Under the pieces are notes generated by a model. It ran no database searches. It had not been told where the DNA came from and was given only the letters and a program-made list of their open reading frames with translations. 64,000 nt of DNA from Psammoneis japonica (lineage: Eukaryota). Location of the stretch: positions 1 to 64,000 of the forward strand of contig QPGO01000003.1 of NCBI GenBank assembly GCA_008632985.1. Direction: 5' to 3'. Below are positions 62,801 to 64,000 of the stretch, in pieces (positions within the stretch are counted from its first letter, which is position 1; the number at the start of each line of letters is the position of its first letter). Made by a program: the position numbers and the translations under genes.

Positions 62801-64000
62801 TTTACCTGGGCGTCTTGCTGGTCTGCTGCAGCGAACTGCGAACGAGCCTTTCCCAACTGGCTCCGAAATCGAGTGGGTGTCCGCTCTCCATATTTCCCGC
62901 TCCACATCACCCGCAATAAATCGGAAAACTCTTCCAAGAGCTTGCCTCCGGTTCCCAATGGATTGTCCTTGTTCAGGTCTCCTCGCGTTTTATACTGAGC
63001 ACTGAGGAGGTAGGATCTAACAAGTGGCATGTAACTAATGCACTGCAATGCAGAGTTCGCGTAGCAAGTGTTCCCGAGATTTGCCAGCCCACAAGCTCCG
63101 TATCCCGGGTACGTACAAACTTTTCCTCCGCCATTCTGATCAGTCGCTGCATCACTTCCAGCCTTCTTCCCGGAAGCAGCAGTCTTAGCTCTGGAATCTC
63201 CGGATGCCTGATTACCACTTTCGTTTTTAGCTTGATCGCCGTTAACATCCCTCCCTGTTGTAAAGCGCCCGGCTTTGGCAAGCCTGTCAGATTCAACACT
63301 TATCCATTCAGAGTGCCCACCGTGAGAGCTGAAGTCGACTCGAATCTGACGTGATACCACATCGGTCTCCTTTTTCTCCCCGTTGTAATCAAACGGTTTC
63401 ACCTCGGCAGCGCTGTCGCTATCTTCTTCGCTCTCGTCTGTGCCCGTGTCAGTGCTCTGAACTTGAAGGACCTCAACCTGATACCAGCACCCAGATGTAT
63501 CCATTGCATCGATTATCATTCCAACCAATTTTGGAGGGTTCGCTAAGGCTTTGCCACTCTCATCGACTCCTTTCACAAGTTGTCGAAACTTTGCATCCTC
63601 GGCTGCAAGGTGCCGCACTCGTCCGGCTCTAGCGGCAGCTTCTCTGGGCCACGAGAAGTCCCCCGCCTTGTTCAAAATCGCATACTCAACAAGAACCCTA
63701 TCGCCATTTCCCAGCCCAATACTTTCCACCGTTGCATGGTCTGCGTACGATTCCCAATCCTGCACGAGATCGGCAATGATGTCGTCAAAATCCGCACTCT
63801 GTGGCAGGATGGGCAGTGTAGCCGACCGATTCTTACACAAGAGACTCCACGGCCCGTATCTAGAGGAAGCGTCTTTGGCTGATATCTCTGTTGCGTCAAG
63901 TCTCTTCCACAGTCTCGCTCGACCGAACCCGTCGGCATCAGCAGCCTTAGGATGTGTCACCTGCAAACGAGTAATTAACTCAGCGTACAATCGCCAAAGT
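59859..64000 (-). CDS. Ubiquitin-specific protease (C19, USP4/11/15-like), 5' end outside the window; introns at 62707-62805, 62493-62569 and 60132-60224
   Basis: Cys box GLANLGNTCYANSALQC, QQDAQ|ELLSYLLDVLHED, His box HYGGMTGGHY, and GT-AG introns that restore the frame. Confidence 0.93.

Overview
Eukaryotic nuclear DNA, most likely from a diatom: it has GT-AG introns with CTAAC branch sites, ASAFAP-type plastid presequences, a copia-like gag remnant and helicase-associated-domain repeats. It holds about 22 protein-coding genes: WDR5 plus a truncated tandem copy, TFIIF-alpha-like, FkbM methyltransferase, ADP/ATP carrier, SLC43-like MFS, bZIP, a UBL protein, two subtilisins, two M64 peptidases, prohibitin, an HA-repeat protein, a RING-H2 ligase and a USP. 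Many genes carry 1-bp frameshifts that look like assembly errors. The dominant unexplained signal is a mosaic of sharply bounded, kilobase-scale domains from which the dinucleotide TpA is almost absent (about 1-3560, 4380-4980, 20441-21620, 30450-31700, 35325-36855, 45360-46750, 47160-51850). Three internal comparisons indicate the change ran TA->TG or TA->CA (A:T->G:C on both strands): a recent tandem duplication, fresh versus old copies of a MITE, and Tyr->Cys/His changes in protein motifs. That is the reverse of fungal RIP, and it is separable from CpG decay. This points to a targeted, domain-wide TpA mutagenesis or base-modification system acting on transposons and some host genes. No candidate enzyme is encoded in the window. 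Intergenic DNA outside these domains shows the opposite: TAG/CTAG-rich tracts and an excess of TA-[GC palindrome]-TA motifs. All counts were made by eye.
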